Origin: Pecten maximus
Lineage: Eukaryota
DNA: 64,000 bases
Assembly (NCBI RefSeq): GCF_902652985.1
Contig: NC_047017.1
Span: forward strand, 17,732,001 to 17,796,000
Reading direction: 5' to 3'
How positions within the stretch are numbered: position 1 is the first letter of the stretch; each line of letters starts with the position of its first letter. Below, piece after piece: positions 27,607 through 41,342 of the stretch. The notes under the pieces are model-generated. The model ran no database searches. It saw only the letters and a program-made list of their open reading frames with translations, and was not told where the DNA came from. The translations under genes and the position numbers were made by a program.

Positions 27607-27935
27607 TCGGGAAAGGATGAACCTTAAAAATTGAGATAAATTATCTTTGCGCCACCATTTTCATTGCTGCAAAAGATTGCTACGGCTTTTCATGATACTT
27701 TTCTCAATCTCTAGACTTTTTGGAGAAAACATGCAATTTTTCAAAAAAAACAAAAAGTGATCGACATTTCTCGGGAAATGATGAACCTTAACAATTGACA
27801 TGAATTATCTTTGCGCCACCATTTTCTTTGACGCAAAAGATTGCTACGTCTTTTCATGATAATTTTCTCAATCTCTAGGCTTTTTCGAGAAAACAGTTAA
27901 TTTTTCAAAAGAAATTTAAAAGTGATCGATATTTC
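27607..27935 (+). repeat. About 163-bp tandem duplication (2 diverged copies)
   Basis: CTCGGGAAA(G/T)GATGAACCTTAA...AAAAGTGATCGA at about 27607 and 27770. Confidence 0.85.
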
Positions 27936-29814
27936 AAAATAAGGATAAAAATGCAACAATTCTCTGTAAATATTAAGTGTTGAGTTGACGCGAAGGCTCG
28001 CATTTTAGTTGACAATCTTTATCTACAAGTAAGAATTTTATTTTTAGGAACATTTTTATTTCACCAAATTATTGAAATTCGAACATTTTTCAATAAAACT
28101 TTTTTGTCATGAATGGATTCGTATAACCTTTCTTGCAATGATAGCTTATACATATTAGATTATGGAATAAAAACAGTACCTCACCATGAAAATAGAAATG
28201 ATACGATGCCATTTTTCTTCATATTTAATCTCCTCATTTTATTTCATTACGTTATTCTGTCGTATTCCTGATATCGATGACAAAAAATGGCTTCCGACTT
28301 CATTATCTTATGTATCCATGTGCTCACAGGGTAGGGGAGATAATTCTTCAAAAGTTCTACTCAAACGTAGGTCTGTTTGTTTACTCGGGAGGTAGCTTGC
28401 ATCTTATGGGTGTTTCCTATCACATTAAGGGAGCGGGCGTATATAATTTGTGCAGATATGAAACCTGTGCTCATTCAATTCTTTCGTATTTTTAGTTCAA
28501 AGAGATGTACATGGTTGCGCTTATAAATTCCTATAATATACAAAGACAGAAAAGACGTGTTTAGTGATACGTTTGTAATCTATGGGATGTGCTTTATTGG
28601 TTATTTTAAGGTTCTGTTGGGAATATTTGTATTTGGCGTATTCTGGAAAATATGAATCAAAACCTTTTCAATTCGAATCTGAATAGAAGAGGCCCAATAC
28701 TGAGGTCTAACACTCATGGTAATCTACTTAACTGTGACCCAAAAATTGGTTATTTACTAAGTAGAGAAATTAATTAAGCAGATTGTCTACATTCTGATGG
28801 CAGACTGCATATAGCAGACATGACGGAGAGAAAATTGAATTATAACCTGTATGGGTTTTAGGGCAGTATCTCTAGATCTGAATGCAGACATCAAAATTTC
28901 AGATTTTAAAAATTTTACTGATAATATAACTGCACTTTTTTGATAATTGTAAACAACTGATTTCCACTGGTTGTATAATGCCCGAAATCACCATTTACTG
29001 TAAAGCGCACATAAAAACCGAGAAACTAATAATAAAAAAAAAACGAAAACTGTTCAAACAGAAAGTTGTTTATTATAAGCAAATAAAGTATATATACTGA
29101 ATTAATCAATAGATTGTCAAAATCCAAAAATTGTTTTGTTTTATAAAGGCAGGGACATACATACAGAAATTAGAAACTGTCTCTTTGTTAGTAAGACGTC
29201 ACCAATGTGCAAGATGACATCAAGTTAACTACAGTACACTACCTTATTGTGAACCATTTTTCTCTAAAGATTCTAGTGCAATCATTTCAATTTTGAATCG
29301 GTAAAAAGCTGAATAAATTCCACATGCAGAGATTAATTTTTAAGACACTTTTTTTGTTACAGAGATATTAATCTAGTTTATTTCTTTGGAAGTTTTCTCC
29401 AAAGTTCTTCAGATTTCTTTCATTAACGAATCAATTAAAGGCTGAATACATTTACATTGCTTGATCAAGTTTAATAGCGAACAATTTTGAAAAAAGTTAA
29501 CTTAATTTCACATCCATAGCAGATGCAATTTTACCAATGTCTGCTGGTAATATTGTAGTATTGATACAGTGACGTCGTAGTCATGTCTTCAAGGCTCGGT
29601 GCACAAATAAAAAAGCTCGCACTCTATCAGCCTCCAAATAAGTGAGAGACTCTAATCCCTATATGTTTGTCCCTGATATATAGTTTGCACTTAATCGTAA
29701 AATGCAAAGTTGACTCACAAAACTTAAGAGAGTTATTTGTCTCAACTACCTTGGTATCTCCAACCCTGATCACAATATATTGGAAGATATGTACAGACAT
29801 ATATTTGTCTCGGA

Positions 29815-30344
29815 AGCTTAATGTGATATTTTAAACACATAACAATGTATGGCCTGCATATTTAACATGTAAATTATACCAGAGACTTTTATAACTATAT
29901 ATATAGATATCTGATTATACCATGTAATAATCCCCGACACTAAACTAAAGTAGTTATACTTCACTGGAACATATTCATTGAACTGTGAGAGTCCAGTCTC
30001 GCAGTTTCATTTCTGATCCATTTCACAGTTGTGAAGCCCTCCGCTCGTTAGCCAGTAGAAAGTTCGTGCATCTTCACGTAGCTTAATGTGATATTTTAAA
30101 CACATAACAATGTATGGCCTGCATATTTAACATGTAAATTATACCAGAGACTTATATAACTATATATATAGATATCTGATTATACCATGTAATAATCCCC
30201 GACACTAAACTAAAGTAGTTATACTTCACTGGAACATATTCATTGAACTGTGAGAGTCCAGTCTCGCAGTTTCATTTCTGATCCATTTCACAGTTGTGAA
30301 GCCCTCCGCTCGTTAGCCAGTAGAAAGTTCGTGCATCTTCACGT
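29815..30344 (+). repeat. 265-bp near-perfect tandem duplication
   Basis: 29815-30079 versus 30080-30344; one substitution seen (GACTTTTATA versus GACTTATATA). Confidence 0.95.
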
Positions 30345-31046
30345 GATTCAAGTTACAACTTGAGTTAATTATGAAATGAGTGGAATGACCTGTTTATGTG
30401 TGATGACATGTATGTCTGTATGGTCAGGTATATCAAAAATGATCTATGTTTCAATATATGTATATTCTCTATCCATACGACGGCATTGAATAGTTGAAAA
30501 GATTCACTGAAGTGCCGACCCGAGGGAGAGTCGACTTTCACCCGTTTTCACTATGGCAGGAGTTCTGATGTTATTTGGCAAATATCAGGTTATGAAAGGC
30601 CGATAAAATGGCAGAAAGCTAAGGATAAAAGACGAATCTACTTTGATTATATCGGTTTTAATGTGTACATATGTCTAAAAGATCTTAAATCAGTTTCACC
30701 TTTTGTTCCTCTATAGTAATTATGGTTTCGCATACTTTATCCTGAGAAGACGGATGCGTTTCAGCAGATAGGGCGTAAGAATTGTACCTGAATTTTCTCT
30801 AACGTCTCCATGACGCTGCGTAATATTTTTGCCTTTACGTGAGCATTCCCCTCGTGAGGAAGGTTGTGGGCTTTGTCTCCTGGCCGAAGTAAATCTGTAA
30901 ATGAAATTGCTTAGTTGGCGGTAAGAATTGGATGGCCTGTTGTTGGTATGATGCTACCGGGTGGTGTGTCGTACTAGCATATCTAGTCGTGGCATTTCAG
31001 CGTGATAACACTGTAAATACGTCCCTCAGTGGGGCGATCATTGATG

Positions 31047-31895
31047 TTAGTTGGTGAAGGAGGGCTACGTGTGGTATAGGATAGAGCGTGTGATGACACT
31101 TATATTCCGAAAATTTGAATGGACTGGTCAACGCAATTTAAGTGTTTTCTGATAAAAACGCCACCAAATGAGCATTGTATGAAAATATGAACATTGAAAT
31201 TTTAGCAAAATAATCACATTTTCTATCATCTTTTCGATTTGGAATATTCAATGTCTACCCAGAGTTGTCGTTCCTTATATTCACCTGTTGATGACGGTGG
31301 CCATTTTTTGTTAGATGCGTTGAATTAAGGAGCGGTGATAATGTTGCGTTGTTCCTTTGTCGCGTTGTGGAGCTACAGAAGCAGTTGTTAACATGATATT
31401 GTTAAAGTTGACGTCCGATCCATTTTTGCTTCTGTACCTAGTTCTTGTGTTTACGCGCTAAGAAATCTTTCTGCGCATGCCACGCATGTTTTTTTGTTCT
31501 GTTTATTTGTGTTGATTTTTTTCGCTCCAAATCTTTATCTGTGAAAATTTCTTTTGTACCTTTTGACATTGAATCCGCATCTATCTTATTTCTGTTTTTT
31601 TTTTAAAGTTAAGTTAAAAAAAAGATTCGGTTAAAATTTCGAGTAATACTAACATATATCTAGATATAATCAACATTACTGTACAATGTGTATTAATATT
31701 TACCTATTTTCGGACTATCGGGCCTTCGGACTATCGAGCCTTCGGATTATCGAGGCTTCGGATTATCGGGCCTTCGAACTATCGAGCCTTCGGGCTATTC
31801 TGCATTCGGACTAAAGGGCATTCGGAATATAAGTGTGTCATCACGTGCTCTATCCCATACAACACGTAGCTGCGTAGCCTCCTATACCAACTAAC
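31047..31895. mobile_element. Non-autonomous TIR/foldback element
   Basis: About 65-bp inverted repeats GTTAGTTGGT...GTGATGACACTTATATTCCGAA / TTCGGAATATAAGTGTGTCATCAC...ACCAACTAAC; subterminal 16-bp repeats TTCGGACTATCGGGCC at 31709-31830. Confidence 0.75.
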
Positions 31896-33760
31896 CTCAA
31901 AATTCCATGCTGTCAAATCGTGGAATGTTGGATTCGAATGTTAGGAATGTTAATGGATATTAGTAGTTGCACTGTACATGACAAGTTGCAAAATGTACAT
32001 GTACGTATCTTGCAATATTGAGTAGTTGTGCTGTACGTGTAGAACATGTACATGTACACAAATTTATTATTCTGTAATTATTTGACGGCCGCTGTCGGCC
32101 ATCGTACAAATATCTGCGCAGGTGACGCACCCACTTTCTTGTTTTATATATATTCGATGATTTCATTGATAGATTTATATTCTATACTAATTCTTGGAAA
32201 ATTGGCGACTTGTATGGAAACTGGTATATTTAAAGACATACTCAAATTTTAATTCGGTTTAGACATCAAATACATATTTTGTAGCAATAACAGCCTTTGT
32301 TGACTTGCCTGGTATATTCACAATACATATCGTGGCATATTGTACAATGCTAGTATTTCATATGTAAATATCTTCCGGGATAACGTTGTGTAAAAATTAT
32401 TTTTCCGACATTGCCAGCAGTTTGCTCGATATTTAACAAAACAAAAACAAAAATAGTCCTTCATGGTCGCCACTTCATACAAGTATTATCAATTTAACAA
32501 ACAAAACAACAAAGCCGGATGTTTGTGTAGACTGTCGCCCTATACACGTCTCGTTGAAACACTTCCCGATTTCCGTAGTGGGAGGACCACATGGTTATAT
32601 CGGATTTTTTTCCCTACAACAATGGCGACCCGTACTAACTAATATTAATTTACACGTTATTTATACATTTTATGACATAACAGAAACTGTTCCTTAATTC
32701 TCCTGTAGCGATAGCTTGCTATCTGATGAGAGCCGAGAATGCTCTTGTGTAACATGATAATGTTTGGGCATATTGGTGCACCAACACACAGAGGTAAAAG
32801 TTCTCTATTACCAGCGTGTGACGCATATATAGTTGTGCATCCTTTGTGTACAATATCTACTTTAGTATCCTGTACGAGCGTCTTCATTTGTATAGTTTAG
32901 TTGACCTTTGAACCATGTCTCCAGTCTTATCAATGTTCCTTTACTTGAAGTAATTCCGCAATTCACTAGTAAGGTAATAATTTAAGGAATGTTTTTAAAC
33001 TTTGATTGAAAATGCTTTCCTCTGGAATGCATTATGTTGAGTGACGTTTATGAAGCTTGACCCAGGAAGCTCTTGGTCAGTGACTTCTGTTTTTACTGCT
33101 AGAAAAAACCTTACTGGGGATTTCGCCATTCCACGTATGAGGAAATATTTTGGTGTACTTTCAGAGATACGGCGACATCAGGATGCAATGACTGTGTAAC
33201 TAAGGTCATATTACGTCATATTTTTGAAGGGAGATTCGTTGCATGCTATTGCAAAATTAATACTGAACTGAAAAAATATTTGGCGTGATGGAAATTTTCT
33301 GGATGGATATAATTTATATGTAGCTTGATCTATGTGAAACAGACTTTATTATGACAAGTCGTTGGGGATGAAATGGGTCATTTATTGTTGATATTTATTG
33401 ATATTGATAAATGAGTTCAATAACAGATTGTTACTCCTAAGTGTGAACTGTAAAGACCCAGATATCGATGATGCAAGTGTAGTTATATTTGGTGAGGAGT
33501 GGATAAGATGTTTGAATTAGACATTGTCAGCTAACAGGACTTCGCCTGGTGTTATTTGTAATGATCCATTATTTTGATCTGATTAGTACGTTCTTCTGAT
33601 AGATAGGTGACGTAATTGTGCTTCCAAAATAATTTATTTTGTATCTTCCCTTTGAACACGCACTATGATGTATTGTACAAACTATAACATTAGGCTAATT
33701 ATACTGTTTCTGTTATCTATTGACCTTGCGGGTCGAGAATTTGTGCCAAGTTCCTGTGTT

Positions 33761-36086
33761 TGTTTCATAGTGAATTTTATGAAATTTGTTGTAATATAAA
33801 CATTATTAGACATTTTACATTTTCCATAATTTTGGACTTCTTCGATGTCTAATTTCTCTTTGTAAAAATGTTACACTTACAAATTATTTAATTACATCTC
33901 AACCAGCTGTCTGTCTTTTGAAAGTGATATGTATAATTCCCCTTTTCTCATTGTTATCGGATTAAACCGCGCAATATGTATGTACATTTACCTTTTGATG
34001 TTAATTGAGTTAATTAACTGGTCTGGCCAGGTATGACACCTAGCCTCGGACAAAGGTCAATTAAGCTTATTATCTCACCTGTCTGAAATGTGACCATCTG
34101 AGTACTAAAATGCCACCTGTCAATCATTTGTATTAACTCTAGCTTAAATACTATGTGTAAGGTTTTGTAAAATTAATTAGAACCTAGAGTTCGGACTGTA
34201 CGGGTCGATTTTCGGATATTCCGTAAATCGCCTGCCGACTCCTAGAAAGTTTAGTGTAATAAATACTTTATCTTGGACCGTATTTTAACATCTTTGGATT
34301 TTATATATATTCTACAAAAATATTACAACGACGGGAAAAATCGTTGTGATAAATTGGTGCGAGAAACCGGAGTAACTTGCCACATTAATTTGTATAAGTC
34401 AAGTTACGTACAAGATTCCTGGAACCTCTACTGCCAAGCGATATTCCCACAAACAAGAGAAGAAACCGATCATCGGAATCACACGGAACTGGAACTACAC
34501 CAAGACTGTGTTCGTCATATTTTGGAACTTTCCAGAATAACGTTATAACAGTAAGTCAGGATGACATCGTGCTATAGGTGTGGTAGAAACTTTAACTCTA
34601 ACCACCTGATGCACTGTCCTGCAAAAGGATGTTACTGTTTTCTTTGTGGAAATGTTGGACATTTTTCAAGAATGTGTTTTGCACGGAGCAGACAATACAG
34701 CACAAATTGTGTTACAGGATCGTTTTCTTGGACCAGGCAGCGTCCACAAACGTATCGACGTCCTGTTCCTGTCCGCATATCTTCGGACAGCGAGTCTGTG
34801 GTGCAGGTAACGCATCAGAAAAGGAACAAATCTTCCTCTAAACGGCGACGAGATTCCGAAAGGCTCAGGAAATTCCGAGACACGAAACAAGTACTTTCTG
34901 TTTTACCATTTTATTATATTTCTACCGATGAATTTGACAACGAATTTCCGAAAGAATCTTCCATCACACATCAGATTACCAATCTCCAATCAAAACTTGT
35001 ACGTGCAAAGTCAACAATTTCGACTATTTCTGTAAAGTGCGCGAAGCTTGAAGAAACAAACAGAATTCTAGAAGAGGAATGTACGCGTTTAAAAAGTGTC
35101 ACCATCAACAATTACGTGTCCCAAATAAAAGAACTTGAAAAAGCTTTGGATAATAGAAAGAAAATAATGAAGAGCAAGGACGAGACAATAAACAGCCTTC
35201 ACATAACAGCCAAAGAAAAAGAACAAACAAGTAGACAGATATCAAATTTAAAATCGAGGATTTCGGAGAAGGACGAGCAAGTCAAACAGAAACAACGGGT
35301 GATTTTGAGCCTACAAAATCAGCTTAGTGGATATCATGGTCAAACACAAAATAACAATTCACGACAGCAACGATCGCGCATATCTTTGGAGCAACGAACA
35401 GTTAACTTCCGGCCGAACTTTAGACATACAGTAGTGGACAGCTAAGATAGATATTAAACAAGTCGCGGGACGCGACTTTATAGGAGCCGGAGGGATATTT
35501 CATAGTGAATTTTATGAAATTTGTTGTAATATAAACATTATTAGACATTTTACATTTTCCATAATTTTGGACTTCTTCGATGTCTAATTTCTCTTTGTAA
35601 AAATGTTACACTTACAAATTATTTAATTACATCTCAACCAGCTGTCTGTCTTTTGAAAGTGATATCTATAATTCCCCTTTTCTCATTGTTATCGGATTAA
35701 ACCGCGCAATATGTATGTACATTTACCTTTTGATGTTAATTGAGTTAATTAACTGGTCTGGCCAGGTATGACACCTAGCCTCGGACAAAGGTCAATTAAG
35801 CTTATTATCTCACCTGTCTGAAATGTGACCATCTGAGTACTAAAATGCCACCTGTCAATCAATTGTATTAACTCTAGCTTAAATACTATGTGTAAGGTTT
35901 TGTAAAATTAATTAGAACCTAGAGTTCGGACTGTACGGGTCGATTTTCGGATATTCCGTAAATCGCCTGCCGACTCCTAGAAAGTTTAGTGTAATAAATA
36001 CTTTATCTTGGACCGTATTTTAACATCTTTGGATTTTATATATATTCTACAAAAATATTACAACGACGGGAAAAATCGTTGTGATA
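33761..36086 (+). mobile_element. Non-autonomous LTR retroelement (Gypsy-like), 2.3 kb, no pol
   Basis: 591-bp direct repeats 33761-34351 and 35496-36086 (3 differences seen). PBS-like TGGTGCGAGAAACCGG at 34355; hairpin AGTCGCG-GGA-CGCGACT and polypurine tract AGGAGCCGGAGGGA before the 3' LTR. Confidence 0.92.
34561..35445 (+). CDS. Gag-related protein, 294 aa: two N-terminal zinc knuckles and a C-terminal coiled coil
   Basis: CYRCGRNFNSNHLMHC and CFLCGNVGHFSRMC (CX2CX4HX4C), a basic patch, then a heptad-like K/E/L/Q-rich region. The intact ORF fills most of the LTR interior. Confidence 0.8.
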   Translation: MTSCYRCGRNFNSNHLMHCPAKGCYCFLCGNVGHFSRMCFARSRQYSTNCVTGSFSWTRQRPQTYRRPVPVRISSDSESVVQVTHQKRNKSSSKRRRDSERLRKFRDTKQVLSVLPFYYISTDEFDNEFPKESSITHQITNLQSKLVRAKSTISTISVKCAKLEETNRILEEECTRLKSVTINNYVSQIKELEKALDNRKKIMKSKDETINSLHITAKEKEQTSRQISNLKSRISEKDEQVKQKQRVILSLQNQLSGYHGQTQNNNSRQQRSRISLEQRTVNFRPNFRHTVVDS

Positions 36087-36739
36087 TTTGTGTAACCAGA
36101 CTGAATGTTGATGATCTTAACTATTAAGTTCGGTTAGTAAAATCTAAAGGGAAATAGACTATCTTATAGGAAAATTAAACATGTGGGCATTTTTCTGTTA
36201 TATGGCTGGTTTCGATCATTTAACAAAAGATATATCGCTCACAAATATCATCTTAGTGGTAGTAAACTCGGTCTTTAACATGCATGCTTACTTATAAATG
36301 TTAGTTTAGTGATATCGGTTTGAAACTTTCCTTATTTTCTTGTATTTACAATGTCTACCAATAAAGACTAAAATTATTATTCTTACGAAGTATATATAAG
36401 TTTTTATATCACCATGAACAACTTAAGTCGTGGATGTATGATACAGATTTTCATAAATCTTAAGATATGTGTGTAAATTTAAAATACACTGATACTCTTG
36501 AACAAACCCTATTACACTGAATCAGTCGGTAAAACTTCCAACAATCGAGTGAATTTTATTTTTTGTCTAGACGGACTCTCGACAGGCGGAAGCAATACTA
36601 AAGTAATTTGAGTAGATATACAGACTGCTCGTAATTTGATGCCTCATCAATGGGAAGACCACGTGATTGTGTCAAATGTTTTTTTTTAAAGAAATGCATA
36701 CGTGTTTTGTAGTGTAAACTGTACGGTATAAATTCCGTA

Positions 36740-38265
36740 ACATCGTACAATATACATTCCAAAAAAAGTGTACAGTATATAATCTGTTGTACAATATACA
36801 CTTAGAAACATTGTACAATATATAATCTGTTGTACAATGTACACTTCAAACATTTTACAGTACACAATCTGTTGTTGAATACATTCTCCGAAACATTGTA
36901 CAGTATATAATCTGTTTTACAATGTTCACTCAAAACATTGTACAGTATATAATCTGTTGTACAATATACACTCAAAACATTTTACAGTATATAATCTGTT
37001 GTACAATATACACTCAAAACATTGTACAGTACATAATCTGTTGTACAATGTACACTCCAAACACTGTACAGTATATAATCTGTTGTACAATCTACACTCC
37101 CAAACAGTGTACAGTATATAATATGTTGTACAATGTACACTCCAAACAGTGTACAGTATATAATATGTTGTACAATGTACACTCCAAACAGTGTAGAGTA
37201 TATAATCTGTTGTACAATATACACTCCCAAACACTGTACAGTATATAATCTGTTGTACAATGTACACTCAAAACATTGTACAGTACATAATCTGTTGTAC
37301 AATGTACACTCCAAAACACTGTACAGTACATAATCTGTTGTACAATGTACACTCCCAAACACTGTACAGTATATAATCTGTTGTACAATGTACACTCCAA
37401 ACAGTGGACAGTATATAATATGTTGTACAATGTACACTCCCAAACATTGTACAGTATATAATCTGTTGTACAATGTACACTCCAAACAGTGTACAGTATA
37501 TAATATGTTGTACAATATACATTCCAAAACAGTGTACAGTATATAATCTGTTGTACAATGTACACTCCAAAACATTGTACAGTTTATAATCTGTTGTACA
37601 CTGTACACTCCCAAACATTGTACAGTATATAATATGTTGTACAATATACACTCCAAAACAGTGTACAGTACATAATCTGTTGTACAATGTACACTCCAAA
37701 ACACTGTACAGTATATAATCTGTTGTACAATGTACACTCCAAACAGTGGACAGTATATAATATGTTGTACAATGTACACTCCCAAACATTGTACAGTATA
37801 TAATATGTTGTACAATATACACTCCAAAACAGTGTACAGTATATTATCTGTTGTACAATGTACACTCCAAAACATTGTACAGTATATAATATTTTGTACA
37901 ATGTACACTCCAAACAGTGTACAGTATATAATCTGTTGTACAATGTACACTCCAAACAGTGTACAGTATATAATCTGTTGTACAATATACACTCCCAAAC
38001 ATTGTACAGTACATAATCTGTTGGACAATCTACACTACCAAACATTGTACGGTATATAATATGTTGTACAATGTACACTCCAAACAGTGTACAGTATATA
38101 ATCTGTTGTACAATATACACTCCCAAACATTGTACAGTACATAATCTGTTGGACAATCTACACTACCAAACATTGTACGGTATATAATATGTTGTACAAT
38201 GTACACTCCAAACAGTGTACAGTATATAATCTGTTGTTCAATATATACTCCCAGACATTGTACAG
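36740..38265. repeat. 42-43-bp minisatellite rich in TGTACA palindromes, about 35 copies
   Basis: Unit CAAACA(T/G/C)TGTACAGTATATAATCTGTTGTACAATGTACACTC(C). Confidence 0.95.
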
Positions 38266-39809
38266 TTAGCATTCAGTATACAATATACTGGTACTTTCCG
38301 TATATTTGGTGTAGACAACAGAGAAATGCATCCGGGTTCCACACTGTTGGTGAAATATAGGTGAGTAAATAGATACAACTGGTAACGTACAATATAAGAA
38401 TCAAGACATATGTGTAGTAAATTAGGTATGAGGTCATAATCTATCACAGATGGGGTCACGCCCTCAACACCAATCTGTTAAATTTTGTTGGTACACAACA
38501 TACATCCTGTTGTGACGTATATCGCACGAGCGATAACTCTGTCTACAAAATGGTACCTGGTGCGATGGCGAAACAGGAAGACACTGAAAGAGGATTTTCC
38601 GACTTGCGGAAATATACCAGGAAGTATTTTCGCTTTTGTTCGAAGACACAGTAGCACAGATAGATGATGTTATGGAGGAGGTAAGTTTACCCTGGTAAAT
38701 AGATCTAGAGAAAATATACGTTCACCTAAATTGGATTATATCGCGGACGAATGCTTTAGCAAATAGGGGAAAAACAGACGCATATAAACGTGCATCCAAT
38801 GACCTGTATAATTTAACAATATCTATGCAAGCATTTCCTGGCATGTTATGACTAAGTCTTTCAACTCAATTACGAAACTACATTGTTACAAGATAGTGAT
38901 AGCGTTGCGTACGGAAATACATGTACAGGTAAGGAAGTCGTTTTGTAACTTAGGTTATCCATGGTATATTCTCGACCAGATTGACAGGTATTCGATTTAC
39001 CAATTTACTATTAAACATACAATTTTTTTAAATTATCTTATTAGCAAAATCGAAATAACATTTACTGTCTACGCCACTTTTCAGATTAGAACCAAAATCT
39101 TAAAGCTTCACTACCATGACGTTTTGATATTACATTAGCCGAGTATGATTATTGTAGAGTCAACCTTGTTTTTTTTTCGAACTCTGATAACCCTTCTTGG
39201 AAGTCAACATTCAGTTCGGACGGTAAGATTCTATGGAAAATATACTCGGATACACTGGATATCTCGAAGATTTCTTTTTGTCCTATTTACTTCGAGATAA
39301 AGAAGTTTGGCTGTATTTAAAAAAATGGAAGTAAAGTTACGATGTATTTAAATTGATGCTAAGAAAATGATCAAGCTTCTAGCTGTGAATGACCAAAAAT
39401 AAATGTTTACTATTATATCAAATGGTATCAAACAGTCTGATATAACGTTTATCCTTATACATTAATTGAAACCGTATACTTACCGCAATTCCCCATTTCA
39501 ATAGGATTATACACATGTCTATGAATTGAAGGGCGGCTAGCATAGTTGGTGTTAAAATCATATGTCGGAAGCAGAGTACTTAAAACATTATGTAATGTTA
39601 CCCATGGACTATCGTGTCATTATACTCGAACATAACCAGTGAGAAGAGGTTTAATTATAGATTGTTTAAGAATCCGGATATAGTCATTAGATTAAAATGT
39701 TTCATCATATTTGAATAATGAATCGGCGTAATATCCACGCCCAGTTCATCATCTAACTTATCATTCTATATCTTTATTTTTAGGTCTGTGTTCATGTTCA
39801 GAAGACATT

Positions 39810-41016
39810 ATGGATGAACGCGAACCCCTAATAAGTGTTCCCGCCAACAGATACCGACCACGTCATCTGTTTATCACTGTGACGCTTCTCCTGCTTTCTC
39901 TCGCATTTGAACTGTACGGACTGTTCATAACACAGTATGTTTACGAAAGCACTGCTACAAGACTATATCCGAACTCCACAACGTTCAAAGACAGACATGC
40001 GTCAATGTGTAGTGTTAACAAGACCTCCGAGAGTTTCCGAGAGAGGACGGTAGTGCAGCAGACGACAACTAAATGGGACATGTACAAGTCTATCGCGGAG
40101 GCTGTGCCAGCAATCCTCACGAGTAGTGTTCTTGGTTCGTTGAGTGACAGGTATGGACGTAGAAAGGTTCTGGTGGTTAATCTCTCTGTGATATTTCTAG
40201 GCTTTCTGTTTACAACTATCGGAGTTAAGTGTTCATTTAATATTTACCTCTTTGTACTTTTTGCCGCCATTAACAATATGGCCGGAGGTATCTATGGCGC
40301 ATTGTCCATTGGTTTTGCATACGTTTCAGATATAACTGATTCAGGGAAGCCCAGGAGTTTGTTTATCACCTTGTTAGAGGCTTCCATTGGACTTGGAATG
40401 ACCGTGTCCGGACTAATCTCCGGATATATTATCGAGAAGTTTGGTTACTTTTATACCAGTTTGTGTTCGTGTTTGCTGTTATTTGTTGGATTACTTGTCG
40501 TACTGTTTCTTCTGCCAGAATCTCTTCCCAACATGGCGGACTCCACCGGAAATACCACCGTACAGTCTCACACAGCCGCCACTACCGTCAGTAGCAACAG
40601 CACAGACGCCATTGGCAGGGAAAATAACACAGATAATGTTGACAGAAGAAAAAACTGTGCGGCAAAAACATGTAACACAGTCAAGGCGTCGTTTGAATTC
40701 TACTTCCGGTCGTCTGATAAAAGATTTGTATACATCGTGTGCGGCATCATTTTTGTGTTGGCGTGCTTTTCCAGACTAGGAAAGGGCAGAATTGAGATAT
40801 TATATGCACTTAACGCCCCGTTTTGTTGGTCTCCAGTTAAGATAGGACATTTTACATCTATATCAGTGGCATCTAGTATGGTTGTCGGCATAGCAGCCAT
40901 CAAACTACTACAACGATTCTTTGTGGAGGAAGTCATTGCCATTTTGAGTGCCATATCTAATACTACATCTTGTATATTAGAAGCGTTTGCATTCAACGAC
41001 CTGACCCTTTTCTTAG
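39810..41016 (+). CDS. SLC46/PCFT-like MFS transporter, paralogue 1, coding exon 1
   Basis: Multiple TM helices; MFS motif A GSLSDRYGRRK; FAYVSDIT; YALNAPFCWSPVKIG typical of SLC46. Acceptor at 39783; donor G|gtaagt. Confidence 0.92.
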
Positions 41017-41034
41017 GTAAGTTATATGTCTTGA

Positions 41035-41342
41035 TTGTTTGTTTCTTTGCTGGTTTTATCGCTCCGTGAACAGCCGCGGTCATTTTGAGGCGAGATCTTC
41101 TTGAAGTAGCTGGTGGCTACCTCACTGAACAACATGCGGGAAGCCTGTGGCATTCCATCCAAATCAATAAAGGTAAAGTGTCTTGCTCAAGTACACAACC
41201 ACGACAGCACAGATCGGCCCGTTTCTTGGCTACCCGAGAAACACAAACGGACACGAGTAAGGAGCGTCGAAACCACGCGCTCCGGATCTTTCCCCTGAGA
41301 TTACGTGGCCTTCGCTCTAGCCGAATGAGCTATCGCGGCCTC
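41035..41342 (-). mobile_element. tRNA-derived CORE-type SINE
   Basis: Reverse complement has head GGCCGCGATAGCTCATTCGGCTAGAGCG, CORE-like GTTGTGTACTTGAGCAAGACACTTTA, and an AAAC tail. Confidence 0.7.

Noticed and set aside
36598-38272. Cys/Tyr-rich ORFs on both strands
   Set aside because: By-products of the TGTACA minisatellite.
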